From Chloroflexota bacterium (GTDB taxonomy: Bacteria; Chloroflexota; Dehalococcoidia; Dehalococcoidales; UBA5760): a DNA stretch of 64,000 nt. The notes below the pieces were generated by a model. The model worked only from the letters and a program-made list of their open reading frames with translations. It was not told the origin of the DNA and searched no databases. Shown here one piece after another: positions 10,261 to 20,197 of this stretch (position 1 is its first letter; the number at the start of each line of letters is the position of its first letter). The stretch spans positions 44 to 64,043 of the forward strand of contig JADFUW010000001.1 in the NCBI GenBank assembly GCA_015222205.1. Direction: 5' to 3'. The translations under genes were made by a program, and so were the position numbers.

Positions 10261-10524
10261 TTATTCAAGCCGTCCTCGTCCCCGGAACTGATAGTGATAG
10301 AGTGGTGGAACGCCACTCACGGCCCGGTTAACCCTTTTTCTGAGAGAGCACTGACCCCGGCGCCCATCCTCTAATTCAATCACATACCCGTCACCATCGC
10401 TAAGGCGTCTGTATTCCGTAGGTATAAGCTCCCCCCACCAGCTGGCTTGTGATTCACTGTGGAACTGGTAATTAACATTAACTATAAACTCATCATTCTC
10501 AAAGTAGAGTTTGCCGATACCCAC
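10261..10524 (-). CDS. Hypothetical protein
   Basis: 87-aa ORF immediately downstream of proB with GAGG RBS. Confidence 0.6.
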   Translation of the reverse strand: MGIGKLYFENDEFIVNVNYQFHSESQASWWGELIPTEYRRLSDGDGYVIELEDGRRGQCSLRKRVNRAVSGVPPLYHYQFRGRGRLE

Positions 10525-10539
10525 TTTAAACCTCTCTTT

Positions 10540-11670
10540 CTAAAGCACCACCAGGTTATTTCGGTGGACTATTTCAGAACCGTAGTCATAACCAAGAAGG
10601 GTAGCAATCTCCCTGGAGTGTACCCCTTTGATAGTAGCAATATCCACCGAGCTATAGTTAGTTATGCCACAGCCAAGGCGTGACTTGTCAGGATTATAGA
10701 TATTGACTATGTCACCCTGCTGGAAATCGCCTTCAACCTGTTTAATGCCAGCGGCCAGCAGGCTCCCTTGCTGCTTCTTTAGCGCCGTGGCTGCCCCTGA
10801 ATCTACTACCAGTTTACCCTTAGTGCAAAGACCGCTGAGCATCCAGCGCTGGCGACTCTCAAGTTTGCTGGTAGTGGGCAGGAAACGGGTGCCTAGTGCC
10901 TCACCGGCGGCTACCCGTAAAATAACATCTGGTTCTCGGCCATCAGCGATGACTAATGTCACCCCTGAGGCAGTAGCCAGCTTGGCGGCCTCTATCTTGG
11001 TAACCATACCACCGGTGGCTAGGTTGCTGGAGGTACCAACTGCCAAACGCTCAATCTCGGCATCTATCCTGTCTACCTGTGGGATAAGATGGACCCCGGT
11101 GTTGCGGTGTGGGTCGGCCGTATATAGTCCGGCAATATCAGAGAGAATTAATAATAGGTCGGCGTCAACCAGGTTTGCCACCATGGCTGATAGGTTATCG
11201 TTATCGCCAAATCTAGCCTCTTTAATCTCGTCCACCGCCACCACGTCGTTCTCGTTGACAATGGCTAGCACCCGAAGCTCCAGCAAAGCCAGCAGGGTAT
11301 TACGGGCATTGAGATAACCAGCCCGGTTGGCGAGGTCAGCCTTGGCTAGTAAAGCCTGTGCCACCGTAATATTATATCGGCTGAACAGTTGGTCATAGAC
11401 ATGCATCAGGCGGCTTTGACCCACTGCCGCCAGCACCTGTCTATAGGGAATACCCCTAATCTTCTTGGATAGCCCCAGCCTATACCGGCCCGAGGTGATA
11501 GCTCCTGAGGAAACAACTATAAGCTCCCGCCCCCGCTTATGAAGCTCTGCTACCTGGGTGACTAAGCCTGACATTAGCTCCTGGTTGAGACAGTCGGTGG
11601 CGCCGGTGAGCAGACCGGTGCCGAACTTGACCACTATTCGCTGATAAGCTAAATCCTTGACTTTGCCCAC
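10540..11670 (-). CDS. proB: Glutamate 5-kinase
   Basis: RIVVKFGT, VSSGAI, NENDVV..DEI..FGDNDNLSA, TGGMVTKIEAA, PUA domain. Confidence 0.96.
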   Translation of the reverse strand: MGKVKDLAYQRIVVKFGTGLLTGATDCLNQELMSGLVTQVAELHKRGRELIVVSSGAITSGRYRLGLSKKIRGIPYRQVLAAVGQSRLMHVYDQLFSRYNITVAQALLAKADLANRAGYLNARNTLLALLELRVLAIVNENDVVAVDEIKEARFGDNDNLSAMVANLVDADLLLILSDIAGLYTADPHRNTGVHLIPQVDRIDAEIERLAVGTSSNLATGGMVTKIEAAKLATASGVTLVIADGREPDVILRVAAGEALGTRFLPTTSKLESRQRWMLSGLCTKGKLVVDSGAATALKKQQGSLLAAGIKQVEGDFQQGDIVNIYNPDKSRLGCGITNYSSVDIATIKGVHSREIATLLGYDYGSEIVHRNNLVVL

Positions 11671-11729
11671 TTACAACCCACCTGTTGAATCTGCTTCATT
11701 ATAGCAAGCCGAAGCGGGTTAGACAATAC

Positions 11730-11792
11730 ACCCCTCATCCCCTCTTCAGAAGGGGAGGATATTAAAAAGAGAGGCGAAGTGCCTGTTAGACT
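11730..11792. repeat. REP-like repeat
   Basis: cccctcttcagaaggggaggatattaaaaagagaggcgaagtgcctg. Confidence 0.6.
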
Positions 11793-11808
11793 ATCTTTAA
11801 CCTAAAGA

Positions 11809-12042
11809 TTATCTGCGCCCTGTAGCTTGTAGAAATTTGTCCTCGTCAATCTCAAGCCGCTTGAGAATATCTGAGAGAAAATAAGGGCTGATGGTTTTAG
11901 CTGGATGAATGGGAATAGGCACTCGCCGGCAATCTTGATGATGGAATATTGCATGGCTGCCTCTCTGCCTTACCTTCTCAAAGCCCAGTGTCTTAAGACC
12001 CTTAACTACTTCACGTGCTTTGAGTGGAGGTAACTTTGTCAT
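11809..12042 (-). CDS. hicA: HicA-family toxin
   Basis: MTKLPPLKAREVVKGLKTLGF...RQRGSHAIF..RRVPIPIH. Confidence 0.9.
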   Translation of the reverse strand: MTKLPPLKAREVVKGLKTLGFEKVRQRGSHAIFHHQDCRRVPIPIHPAKTISPYFLSDILKRLEIDEDKFLQATGRR

Positions 12043-12251
12043 ATAGCAACAGTAACCTGCTTTGCCCCAATTTCCTCCGGAATTTCCTCGTCCCTCTGTT
12101 TGCGGTATTCGAGGCAAAGTTCAAGCACTTCTTTAATATTGGTCAGACATTCCTCATAGGTCTCACCCTGAGCATGTGCTTCTGGAATCAGAGGGCAGCT
12201 AGCTATATAGAATCCATCAGGAGCTTTTCTGATAAGAATGGTATATTGCAT
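12039..12251 (-). CDS. hicB: HicB-family antitoxin
   Basis: YIASCPLIPEAHAQGETYEECLTNIKEVLEL. Confidence 0.9.
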   Translation of the reverse strand: MQYTILIRKAPDGFYIASCPLIPEAHAQGETYEECLTNIKEVLELCLEYRKQRDEEIPEEIGAKQVTVAI

Positions 12252-12321
12252 CTTTATCTCTCCCATTTGACCCTATTATAGCACCTTTTCTTTTATGGGA
12301 TAAGGGACTAGAGATTTCTTA

Positions 12322-12445
12322 TCAACTTCACCCCCTGTGTCCCCCTCTCCTTCAAAGAAGAGGGGGGAAGGATATTAAAAAAGAGGGGGCTTTTATCAAC
12401 CTCACCCCTCGGTCCCCTCTCCTTCAAAGAAGAGAGGGAGATAGA
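12322..12445. repeat. Two tandem REP-like repeats
   Basis: tcaac(t/c)tcaccc...cccctctccttcaaagaagag(g/a)ggg occurs twice. Confidence 0.75.
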
Positions 12446-12518
12446 GAAGGATATTGACAACTTGGTGACACTGCGTTAAATTACCATTGCAAATATGCTA
12501 GTAGAAGGAGGTAATCAA

Positions 12519-12788
12519 ATGCTATTCATGACTATTTACACGTATGAACCTAAGGATAGAGAAGCAGTAATCAAGAGGCGAGCAGAAAAAGGGACGATGG
12601 CACCTCCGGGCATGAAGATTGTTGGCGAGTGGAGTGCCCTTACTGGTGGCCGAGTTTTCAGACTGGTCGAGGTGGATGACCCTCGGGTTATGTTGGGAGC
12701 TAGTGCTGCTTGGGCTGACCTGGGCAAGATTGAGAGCGTTCTTGTGATGGAAACAGAAGAAGTAATGAAGCTTTTTGCCAGCAGGTAA
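12519..12788 (+). CDS. DUF3303-family protein
   Basis: MLFMTIYTYEP...GMKIVGEWS..GGRVFRLVEVDD; GGAGG RBS. Confidence 0.75.
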   Translation: MLFMTIYTYEPKDREAVIKRRAEKGTMAPPGMKIVGEWSALTGGRVFRLVEVDDPRVMLGASAAWADLGKIESVLVMETEEVMKLFASR

Positions 12789-12808
12789 CAAAGGGTAGAT
12801 TTAGACAG

Positions 12809-12941
12809 ACTGCCTTCAGATTATGCGCTTACAATGCCAATTCCTGGTCTTATATTTGTAAGCTCTATCGCTAATTCTAGTGTCAATTGTTCACTCCTTC
12901 AAAGGAGAGGGGGAAGATATTAAAAAAGAGGGGATAAGTGC
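12809..12941 (+). repeat. ~133-bp direct repeat, copy 1
   Basis: Matches 13862-13994 with 4 substitutions in the first ~100 bp. Confidence 0.9.
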
Positions 12942-13113
12942 TTCTTAGACTCTCTCCATTTGGGATAGAGTAGGAATAACCCTAGTTTTTTGCTTTATTA
13001 ACGCTGTGGCGAAGTTCCGAGAAGTTGTGGAGGCAATACTTAAATATTTAAGTCTAAAAGGTAAAGTCTTTGTTTTGAGGTTCATTTCTTTTACCAGTCA
13101 TTTTACCAGTTTA

Positions 13114-13458
13114 CTATAACCCGAGACTGGCCCTGATAGCATCACTTACTTCAGTCATTTTTGTTTCGGCTAACTCGCCACATTTATCACCTACACGTGA
13201 TTTATCTATAGTCATGATGGATGCACAATCAATTGTGCTATCTTCGGTTAATCCGCTCTCTGCTGACGTTATTTTAACCAAGAATGGGTAGGTTTTCTTA
13301 ACGGTAGTGGTTAGTGAAGCAACAATTGTTGTCGCCCCATATTTGTTGCCCACATCATTCTGAATAATAAGGGCGGGTCTTATCCCGCTCTGTTCAGAAC
13401 CCCTGCTTGGATTCCAATTAATCCAATATATCTCACCTCGTTTAATCTCCTTCGGCAT
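13114..13458 (-). CDS. mazF: MazF/PemK-family toxin
   Basis: IKRGEIYW..NPSRGSEQSGIRPALIIQND.GN. Confidence 0.93.
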   Translation of the reverse strand: MPKEIKRGEIYWINWNPSRGSEQSGIRPALIIQNDVGNKYGATTIVASLTTTVKKTYPFLVKITSAESGLTEDSTIDCASIMTIDKSRVGDKCGELAETKMTEVSDAIRASLGL

Positions 13459-13465
13459 AGTGGTA

Positions 13466-13708
13466 TCACTTCCATTCGGGTACTGTTTCTAACATTATAC
13501 CTTCGGTCATTTTGGCGAATTTCTTATGCTCATTAGCCATTGCCTTATACCCTTCTTCCATCTCAGCGAGTTTACGCCTTCGAGCATATTCCTCCAAGCA
13601 ATCAGAAACGACTTTACTGCGACTTATTCTCTTTTCAGCGGCGACTTCATCCGCAAACGAAGCCAATTTTTGGGGCAGGCTAATAGTTAGCTTTGCTGTT
13701 TGGTTCAC
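13466..13708 (-). CDS. CopG/RHH antitoxin (MazE/NdoAI-like)
   Basis: KLTISLP..L...DEVA....SRSKVV...MEEGYKAMA; directly upstream of mazF. Confidence 0.85.
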   Translation of the reverse strand: MNQTAKLTISLPQKLASFADEVAAEKRISRSKVVSDCLEEYARRRKLAEMEEGYKAMANEHKKFAKMTEGIMLETVPEWK

Positions 13709-13861
13709 CTCTATCTACCTCCTGGTATGAAGATTTTTAACTACCATTAGAGCATACCATCGGTAGTATGATTTGTCAATACCCAGCATATGTATGTTTG
13801 CTATTGACACCCCCTGCCATAGTGTAGCGTCTCACCGGTAACATCTAACGCAGCTTCTCAA

Positions 13862-13994
13862 ACTGCCTTCAGATTATGTGCTTACAATGCCAGTTCCTGG
13901 TCTTATATTTATAAGCTCTATCGCTAATTCTAGTGTCAGTTGTTCACTCCTTCAAAGGAGAGGGGAAGGATATTAAAAAAGAGGGGCGAAGTGC
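13862..13994 (+). repeat. ~133-bp direct repeat, copy 2
   Basis: Matches 12809-12941. Confidence 0.9.
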
Positions 13995-14021
13995 CTGTTG
14001 GAGTGCCTGTATATACTGACT

Positions 14022-14450
14022 TCATAACAAATGGGGGCGCACCTTATCTGAGAACTGCTTCGCATTTATAGTCCTAACTCCTAGTCTTTTAGCTACACGC
14101 GTGGCTAGCCCTTCTTCTACTACATATGTCCCTTTACGATGGTGTGCTATAACAATGCCTTGAACATCAGCATCACTTAAGAGTCGCTCCTCTACAAGTA
14201 TTTTTATAAATAGTTTGTGTTCACTATCAACGTTGAATGTTGATAGTTTACCACTCCTTAGCCAATTCTTTGTATCTGCTGGCGCACCTTCGCTGTTCGT
14301 TTCCTTTGCTACTTTTGATGGAATAACAAGCCACCTTCCTGGACGATCGGGCATGTGATTGAGGCCATTGCGATTCGGTCCTTCCAACTCAATAAGAGAT
14401 GAGGCATCAAATACATAGCAAGGAGGTTCTGAGGGCAATTTGTCTTCCAT
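14022..14450 (-). CDS. PIN-domain protein
   Basis: YVFDASSLIEL...IPSKVAKE...DADVQGIVIA. Confidence 0.7.
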   Translation of the reverse strand: MEDKLPSEPPCYVFDASSLIELEGPNRNGLNHMPDRPGRWLVIPSKVAKETNSEGAPADTKNWLRSGKLSTFNVDSEHKLFIKILVEERLLSDADVQGIVIAHHRKGTYVVEEGLATRVAKRLGVRTINAKQFSDKVRPHLL

Positions 14451-14473
14451 CTAAATATCCTAACCTGTACTTA

Positions 14474-15577
14474 TCAGTGCCTAGACTCCTCTACTACTTT
14501 CGTCACGGTCCTTACATCCTGCCCGAAGTATTGAGATAACTTGCTTAACGAGATGTGTCCTTCTGAATGCGCTGCTAGAGCAAGCGAAACAAATTCCTCT
14601 CCCAGTTGATGTTTCCATATTGGGCCTTTTCTGCCTCCATAATGTTTTTGTCTCCTCTCCCACTCGACTATATGCGAAGTAGTAGTCCCCTCAGGAATTA
14701 GCCTAAGGTCTTCTAGTCTTATTCCCATCGCTTCTAGGCTTACCCTATAACGATTTGCGAGTCTGCCTAAATCTTGGTCGCTAGGCAAGCTACCATAAGG
14801 CCCCACCAGTTCTACAAAAGATTTCTTTAAATCTGTGGCTGGCATAAGAAAGACAGCAGCAAATTGATGGGCGAATCGTTCCTCGGGGATATCTAGCATA
14901 AAAGCACACACTGTTGGAGGGTCGGCTCGCAGAAGGTGAGCGTATTCGTGCGCTATAGTAAATGACCGACGACCAAGATTATTGTGGCTGTTGACAAGTA
15001 CGCAAGGGCCATAAGCATCATGCCACCATGATAAACCAGACAGCTCGTTCGCTGGAATATCTGGAATAGGTAGCACGAAAATTCTGATGCCCTGATTCGT
15101 TAGGAGCTTACGCAAGTCTCTAATGGGTTGCTCATCTAAACCTAATCTCTTCCTTTCTTTATCGGCAAGCTCCTGAGGACTATAATCACCAGTGACTCTT
15201 CTAATTAGTATCTTGCGAGGCTTTTGCAATGCCTCTTCTATTTCAGCTTCCGCACGGCACAGCTCTTCGAAACGCACAATGACTCTCCGTACTTCTGGTG
15301 GTAGGTCTTGCATCACTTTTCGGCGTTCTAATCTAAAACTTAGGTGTTCAGGCAAGGCAGGTGCTTGCCTAAGGAAATAGTCTGTACTTCGTTGGTATAA
15401 TTCTGCAAGGCTCCATAGATGTTCTAGAGGAGGTTCTAAAATCCCCCTTTCCCATTTGGTTACTTCGTCTACGCTTATACCCAAAGAATCGGCTGTTTCC
15501 TTAGGTTCTAGTCCTAAGCTTTTTCTCGCCTTAATGAGCTGGTCTGGGATAACTCGCGCCATATGTTCATTAGTCAT
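14474..15577 (-). CDS. XRE HTH plus ImmA/IrrE-family Zn metallopeptidase
   Basis: N-terminal HTH; RRSFTIAHEYAHLL (HExxH); E.FAHQFAAVFLMP. Confidence 0.92.
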   Translation of the reverse strand: MTNEHMARVIPDQLIKARKSLGLEPKETADSLGISVDEVTKWERGILEPPLEHLWSLAELYQRSTDYFLRQAPALPEHLSFRLERRKVMQDLPPEVRRVIVRFEELCRAEAEIEEALQKPRKILIRRVTGDYSPQELADKERKRLGLDEQPIRDLRKLLTNQGIRIFVLPIPDIPANELSGLSWWHDAYGPCVLVNSHNNLGRRSFTIAHEYAHLLRADPPTVCAFMLDIPEERFAHQFAAVFLMPATDLKKSFVELVGPYGSLPSDQDLGRLANRYRVSLEAMGIRLEDLRLIPEGTTTSHIVEWERRQKHYGGRKGPIWKHQLGEEFVSLALAAHSEGHISLSKLSQYFGQDVRTVTKVVEESRH

Positions 15578-15648
15578 TGCAGCCTCCTAATCTTCGTCTT
15601 TCAACCAGTCCACAAACCAAAATATCGGCACACTGCCATTCTACATAC

Positions 15649-18600
15649 CTATCCTAGTTTTGGCAATATATCCTCCAGTTCCCCCTGCCACTCCCTGCCA
15701 AGCTTCTTATAGTTCAGCCTGAGCTGGGTTAAGCCTATCTTTATGCCGTCTTTAGCTAAAGGTTCAAGTTTGTGCCTATCAAGGTGCATGCCGGTAAATG
15801 GTCTTATTATAATCTGGCCGTGCTCGGTGGCGATGGACTCAATGCCCGCCTTAGCCGCCAGCGCCTTAACCTTGAGGGCATAGAGCAGGTTTTTGACCTC
15901 TACCGGTAGTTTGCCAAATCGGTCGCCAAGCTCACCGGCTAGCCCCTCTATCTCATCAACTTCTGATATGTTTACCAGCCGCTGGTAGAGGGATAGCCTG
16001 GTATTCAGGTCGGCTATATAATCTTCGGGTATATAGGCGGGCAGGGGGAGGTCTATCGTCGGTGGTGGTAATGGTCTGGTTATCTTCTTGATAGTCCCAG
16101 TCCGCCGAGCTTTTTGTTGCTCTACTGCCTCAGCCAGCAGGCGACAGTAGAGGTTAAAACCAACGGCGCTGATATGCCCGCTCTGTTTTGCCCCCAGCAG
16201 GGTGCCGGCGCCCCTAATCTCCAGGTCTTTCATAGCGATGTTAAAACCAGAGCCAAGCTCGGTGGCTTCAAATATAGTCCTCAAGCGTCTTTCCGCCGTA
16301 TGGGTTAGGTGCTGACCCCGGTCATAGAGAAAATAGGCGTAGGCAAGATTGGCGCCGCGACCTACCCGCCCCCGAAGCTGATACAGTTGGGTCAGGCCAA
16401 ACCTGTCCGCTTTGTTAACCATCAGGGTATTGACATTGGGCATATCCAGCCCTGATTCAATGATAGTGGTGCAGACCAGAATGTCTATCTTGCCCTGGGT
16501 AAAGTTAGCCATCACTGCTTCCAGCTCACCCTCAGGCATCTGCCCGTGAGCGATGGCAATATTAGCCTCCGGTATCAAAGACTGGAGTCTATTGGTGACG
16601 GCTTGGATGGTTTGAACCCGGTTGTGGACAAAGAATACCTGCCCATTTCGTTCCAGCTCTCTGAGTATGGCTTCTCTGGTAAGGCTATCGTCATATTCAG
16701 CAATATAGGTCTTAATCGGCAGGCGGTCTTCAGGAGGGGTCTCAATAGTGCTCATATCCCTCACCCCCACCAGGGACATATGGAGGGTGCGGGGAATGGG
16801 GGTGGCGCTCAGGGTGAGGACATCTACTTCTTGTCTCATCTGCTTGAGGTATTCCTTATGGGCGACGCCGAAGCGCTGTTCTTCATCAATTATTAAAAGC
16901 CCCAGGTCCTTGAAGACAACATCCTTTTGTAGCAGACGGTGCGTGCCGATGCAGATGTCTACTCTGCCGTTTGTCAGCCCGTCAAGGATAATACTCTGCT
17001 CTTTTGGTGTCTTAAATCGGCTTAACACCTCAATCCTTATCGGAAAGGCGCTCAGTCTCTGGCTGAAGGTGGCAAAGTGCTGTTGAGCCAGCACGGTAGT
17101 GGGCACCAGCACAGCTACCTGCTTGTCATCCATTATTGCCTTGAAGGCAGCGCGAATAGCTATCTCCGTCTTACCGTAGCCCACATCTCCACAGACCAGT
17201 CTATCCATAGGCTTGGCTTTTACCATATCCTCTTTTACCTGATTCAGCGATTCTATCTGGTCCGGGGTCTCAACATAGGGGAAAGAAGCCTCAAGCTCCT
17301 TTTGCCATACTGTATCGGGAGAAAAAGAAAAGCCGGGCACAACGCCTCGGGCGGCATAAAGCGCTAATAGTTCCCCAGCAATGCTGGCTACTGCCTCCCT
17401 GGTTCTCTGCTTGGTTCGTGTCCATTCTTGGGTGCCCAGTCGGCTTAATGTCGGCGGCTGTTCGCTAGCGCCGATATAGCGGCTCACACGATATATCTGG
17501 TCGGTAGGAACGTAGAGCTTATCGCCGGCCGCATATTGCAGCATCAGATATTCCTTTTCGCTGTTACTCACATGCATGATAGTAACGCCGGCGAACTTGG
17601 CGATGCCATGTTCAATATGCACCACGTAGTCACCAGGAGTTAGTTCCATAAGCAACTTCTGATGTGGCACCGGGTGTTTTTTGGCCATTCGGCGCTCTTT
17701 TGTGAAACCGAAGATTTCATAATCAGTCAGCAGGTGAGTGTCACTATTCATAACCCAGCCCTCAGCCAGCGAACCCTGGACTAGAGTCAGTGAGCCGGGG
17801 GGAGGTATCTCTTTGATTTTAGTAAGGGGTGGGGCAATAATATCTTCTTCATTAAGTAGCTCCGACAGGCGGCTTGCCTGATGGCTGATAATTATAAGTC
17901 GGTGTTTTTGGCTCAGGAGTTTTTTAACATTCCTGATAAGGGTGGGTATCTGTCCTGCGTAGCTAGGAACCGGAGCAAAGTTTAACCGGTGTGGCTTTTC
18001 ATCGTCAGTATTACCCCAACTGGTGAATATCAAGCGCTGTCTCTTCATCATGTCTGGCTCTAATTCATCCCAGGTAAAGTACGGTCTGGGGAGGTTAGTC
18101 GGCATTTCGCCACGCTGTAATTTCTCGGCACGTAGCTCGCTGGCTTTGGCCTCCAGGTCTTCGGTGGCTGATTTAATACTCTGGGACTCATTAAGTATTA
18201 TTAGTGTGCCTTGCGGTAGATAGCTCAGGATGCTGTCTGCATTAAACAGCGGGGCATAAAACTGCATATTAGGGGGTCTCTGCCCATCAATTAGCATAGC
18301 TGTCTCCTGCCTAAGCTGCTGGTGTACCTCGGGGCTTAAGCCGGCTAGATTAATACTACTTAGGGTCTGCTCCAGCTCTAGCTTACTGTTTAGCATGGGT
18401 GCCAGTAGTTCTGTCGCTGGTGTAATGGCTACTTCTGATACTGCCGCCTGTGAGCGCTGATTTGTTGGGTCGAAGAGGCGGATACTTTCTATAGAGTTAC
18501 CATAGAACTCTAGTCTGGCTGGTAGTTCGTTGGAAGGCGGATAGATGTCAACAATACCCCCCCGATGGCTGATGGTACCGGGCACCTCTACTGTGTTTTC

Positions 18601-19113
18601 CATGCTGTAGCCCATAGCCTGCCACCGGCTCAGCAGGCTGAGTGGTTCTGTGTCTTGTCCCACTTTTATGGTGTGGCAGGCAGAGGTGAAATCACGGTGC
18701 GAGACTATCTTTTGCATCAGGGCGAGGGCAGAGGTGATAATCAGGGGGGCATTTTGGTTTCTATCTGTATTGGCTACAGCCGAAAGTACCCGGAGCCTCT
18801 CCATCTCGGCGGAGGTATCTGAGATAGTACGTTGGTAGAAAAGAGTATCCGGCTCAGGAAAGAGCCTTAGCTGGGGAGAGTTACACCAGGTTGAGAGCTG
18901 TTCATAGAGCTTTTTAGCATCCTCTGGTTGTGCCGTAACGATGAACACAGGTCTTTTTAGGCTGTGGTATAGAGAGGCTATGAGGTAGGGTTTGGCGGCA
19001 TCAAGCACCGTTACCTTGTTGCTGCCGTGTGGCTTCTGTAGCCCATCTAAAAGCTGGCGGTAGGCAGGCATTTCGCCGATGAGATGTAATAATTTGGTTA
19101 TGTCTAGTTGCAT
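15649..19113 (-). CDS. mfd: Transcription-repair coupling factor
   Basis: GDYVVHIEHGI, DRLVCGDVGYGKTE, DEEQRFGV, LYQLRGRVGR, DLEIRGAG. Confidence 0.98.
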   Translation of the reverse strand: MQLDITKLLHLIGEMPAYRQLLDGLQKPHGSNKVTVLDAAKPYLIASLYHSLKRPVFIVTAQPEDAKKLYEQLSTWCNSPQLRLFPEPDTLFYQRTISDTSAEMERLRVLSAVANTDRNQNAPLIITSALALMQKIVSHRDFTSACHTIKVGQDTEPLSLLSRWQAMGYSMENTVEVPGTISHRGGIVDIYPPSNELPARLEFYGNSIESIRLFDPTNQRSQAAVSEVAITPATELLAPMLNSKLELEQTLSSINLAGLSPEVHQQLRQETAMLIDGQRPPNMQFYAPLFNADSILSYLPQGTLIILNESQSIKSATEDLEAKASELRAEKLQRGEMPTNLPRPYFTWDELEPDMMKRQRLIFTSWGNTDDEKPHRLNFAPVPSYAGQIPTLIRNVKKLLSQKHRLIIISHQASRLSELLNEEDIIAPPLTKIKEIPPPGSLTLVQGSLAEGWVMNSDTHLLTDYEIFGFTKERRMAKKHPVPHQKLLMELTPGDYVVHIEHGIAKFAGVTIMHVSNSEKEYLMLQYAAGDKLYVPTDQIYRVSRYIGASEQPPTLSRLGTQEWTRTKQRTREAVASIAGELLALYAARGVVPGFSFSPDTVWQKELEASFPYVETPDQIESLNQVKEDMVKAKPMDRLVCGDVGYGKTEIAIRAAFKAIMDDKQVAVLVPTTVLAQQHFATFSQRLSAFPIRIEVLSRFKTPKEQSIILDGLTNGRVDICIGTHRLLQKDVVFKDLGLLIIDEEQRFGVAHKEYLKQMRQEVDVLTLSATPIPRTLHMSLVGVRDMSTIETPPEDRLPIKTYIAEYDDSLTREAILRELERNGQVFFVHNRVQTIQAVTNRLQSLIPEANIAIAHGQMPEGELEAVMANFTQGKIDILVCTTIIESGLDMPNVNTLMVNKADRFGLTQLYQLRGRVGRGANLAYAYFLYDRGQHLTHTAERRLRTIFEATELGSGFNIAMKDLEIRGAGTLLGAKQSGHISAVGFNLYCRLLAEAVEQQKARRTGTIKKITRPLPPPTIDLPLPAYIPEDYIADLNTRLSLYQRLVNISEVDEIEGLAGELGDRFGKLPVEVKNLLYALKVKALAAKAGIESIATEHGQIIIRPFTGMHLDRHKLEPLAKDGIKIGLTQLRLNYKKLGREWQGELEDILPKLG

Positions 19114-19300
19114 TTTCTTTCCCAAACACCACTGGGGCTAGCCGAAACGGCCTAGCCCGACACAAGAATTTTAACACAGGGCAGGGTGTTAGGGAAGCTA
19201 AATGGGGTGAATAGGTTGATGCATGACAGATGGCTTTTGACGATATATTGACAAGCATGCTATATTATGATAGGTTCGTAATCCTAAAAGATTTGGCATA

Positions 19301-19735
19301 ATGGGGATGATAATGAGCGAGCTAGCTCAAGGTGCTTCAACTCCTTTTCCAGTGGCATTGTTGCTATGTGACAGCGTTGTAGTTGATGAGAGGAGTAAGA
19401 AAAAGACACTAGTAGGCGTTTTTGACAACATTAATGCTGTTAGCTTTCCAACAACCTACCGTCCTATCACACTATACGCACGGCTTACAGATGCAGAGGG
19501 ACAGTATAGTTTTCGTTTGGACTATGTTCAAGTTAAGACAGACCAACTTTTAGCGAAAGCTGAAATTCCATCATTAAACATACCTGACCGGCTAAGCGCG
19601 TACGAGATAATGCTGGAACCTCCTCCTATCGTCATACCGGAACCTGGTGAATATGAGTTCCGACTATGGGCAAACGATCGATATATAGGCAGAGTAAAGT
19701 TCAGAGCTAATAAGATAGAAAAGAGAGGTAACTAG
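19301..19735 (+). CDS. Hypothetical protein (DUF6941-like)
   Basis: LLCDSVVVD...KKTLVGVFD.I...P.PGEYEFRL. Confidence 0.6.
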   Translation: MGMIMSELAQGASTPFPVALLLCDSVVVDERSKKKTLVGVFDNINAVSFPTTYRPITLYARLTDAEGQYSFRLDYVQVKTDQLLAKAEIPSLNIPDRLSAYEIMLEPPPIVIPEPGEYEFRLWANDRYIGRVKFRANKIEKRGN

Positions 19736-19738
19736 ATT

Positions 19739-20197
19739 ATGGCAGTAGAAACTCTCCTTCATGTAAGCGAATCTGAAACGGGAAAAAATGAGATACCGAT
19801 ACCGGTTCCTCGTGCTTGGAATGAAGGCAATCAGAAGATTTCAGGAGACCTTCTGCCGATACAGACATACGGTGGAGGACGAGATACGAGTTTTGAAACT
19901 TTACCTAAGCCAGCTCAAGCAACTCCTACGCTGCTCTATATTGGAACCTTAACAGATGATAGGCTACGTCTAAGAATACCAATAGAGGTAGAGATAGAAC
20001 GGGAAGCGGTATTCTATATTGCTAAGTGCCAGTATGTCGACGAATTTGGATATGGCGAGAGCCCGATGAAGGCTGTCGATGACTTGCAGGCAGCCTTAGC
20101 TGAACTATATTGGGCACTTAAAGAAGACGAGAAAAGGTTGGGGCGTAATTTGGCTGAGACATGGGAATGGTTGCGTAAAGTGGTAGAGGAACGATGA
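19739..20197 (+). CDS. Protein with C-terminal HicB-like domain
   Basis: FYIAKC...FGYGESPMKAVDDLQAALAELY. Confidence 0.55.
   Translation: MAVETLLHVSESETGKNEIPIPVPRAWNEGNQKISGDLLPIQTYGGGRDTSFETLPKPAQATPTLLYIGTLTDDRLRLRIPIEVEIEREAVFYIAKCQYVDEFGYGESPMKAVDDLQAALAELYWALKEDEKRLGRNLAETWEWLRKVVEER

Noticed and set aside
11730-15600. Classical integron
   Set aside because: No intI, no RYYYAAC/GTTRRRY attC cores recognised, and mixed gene orientation
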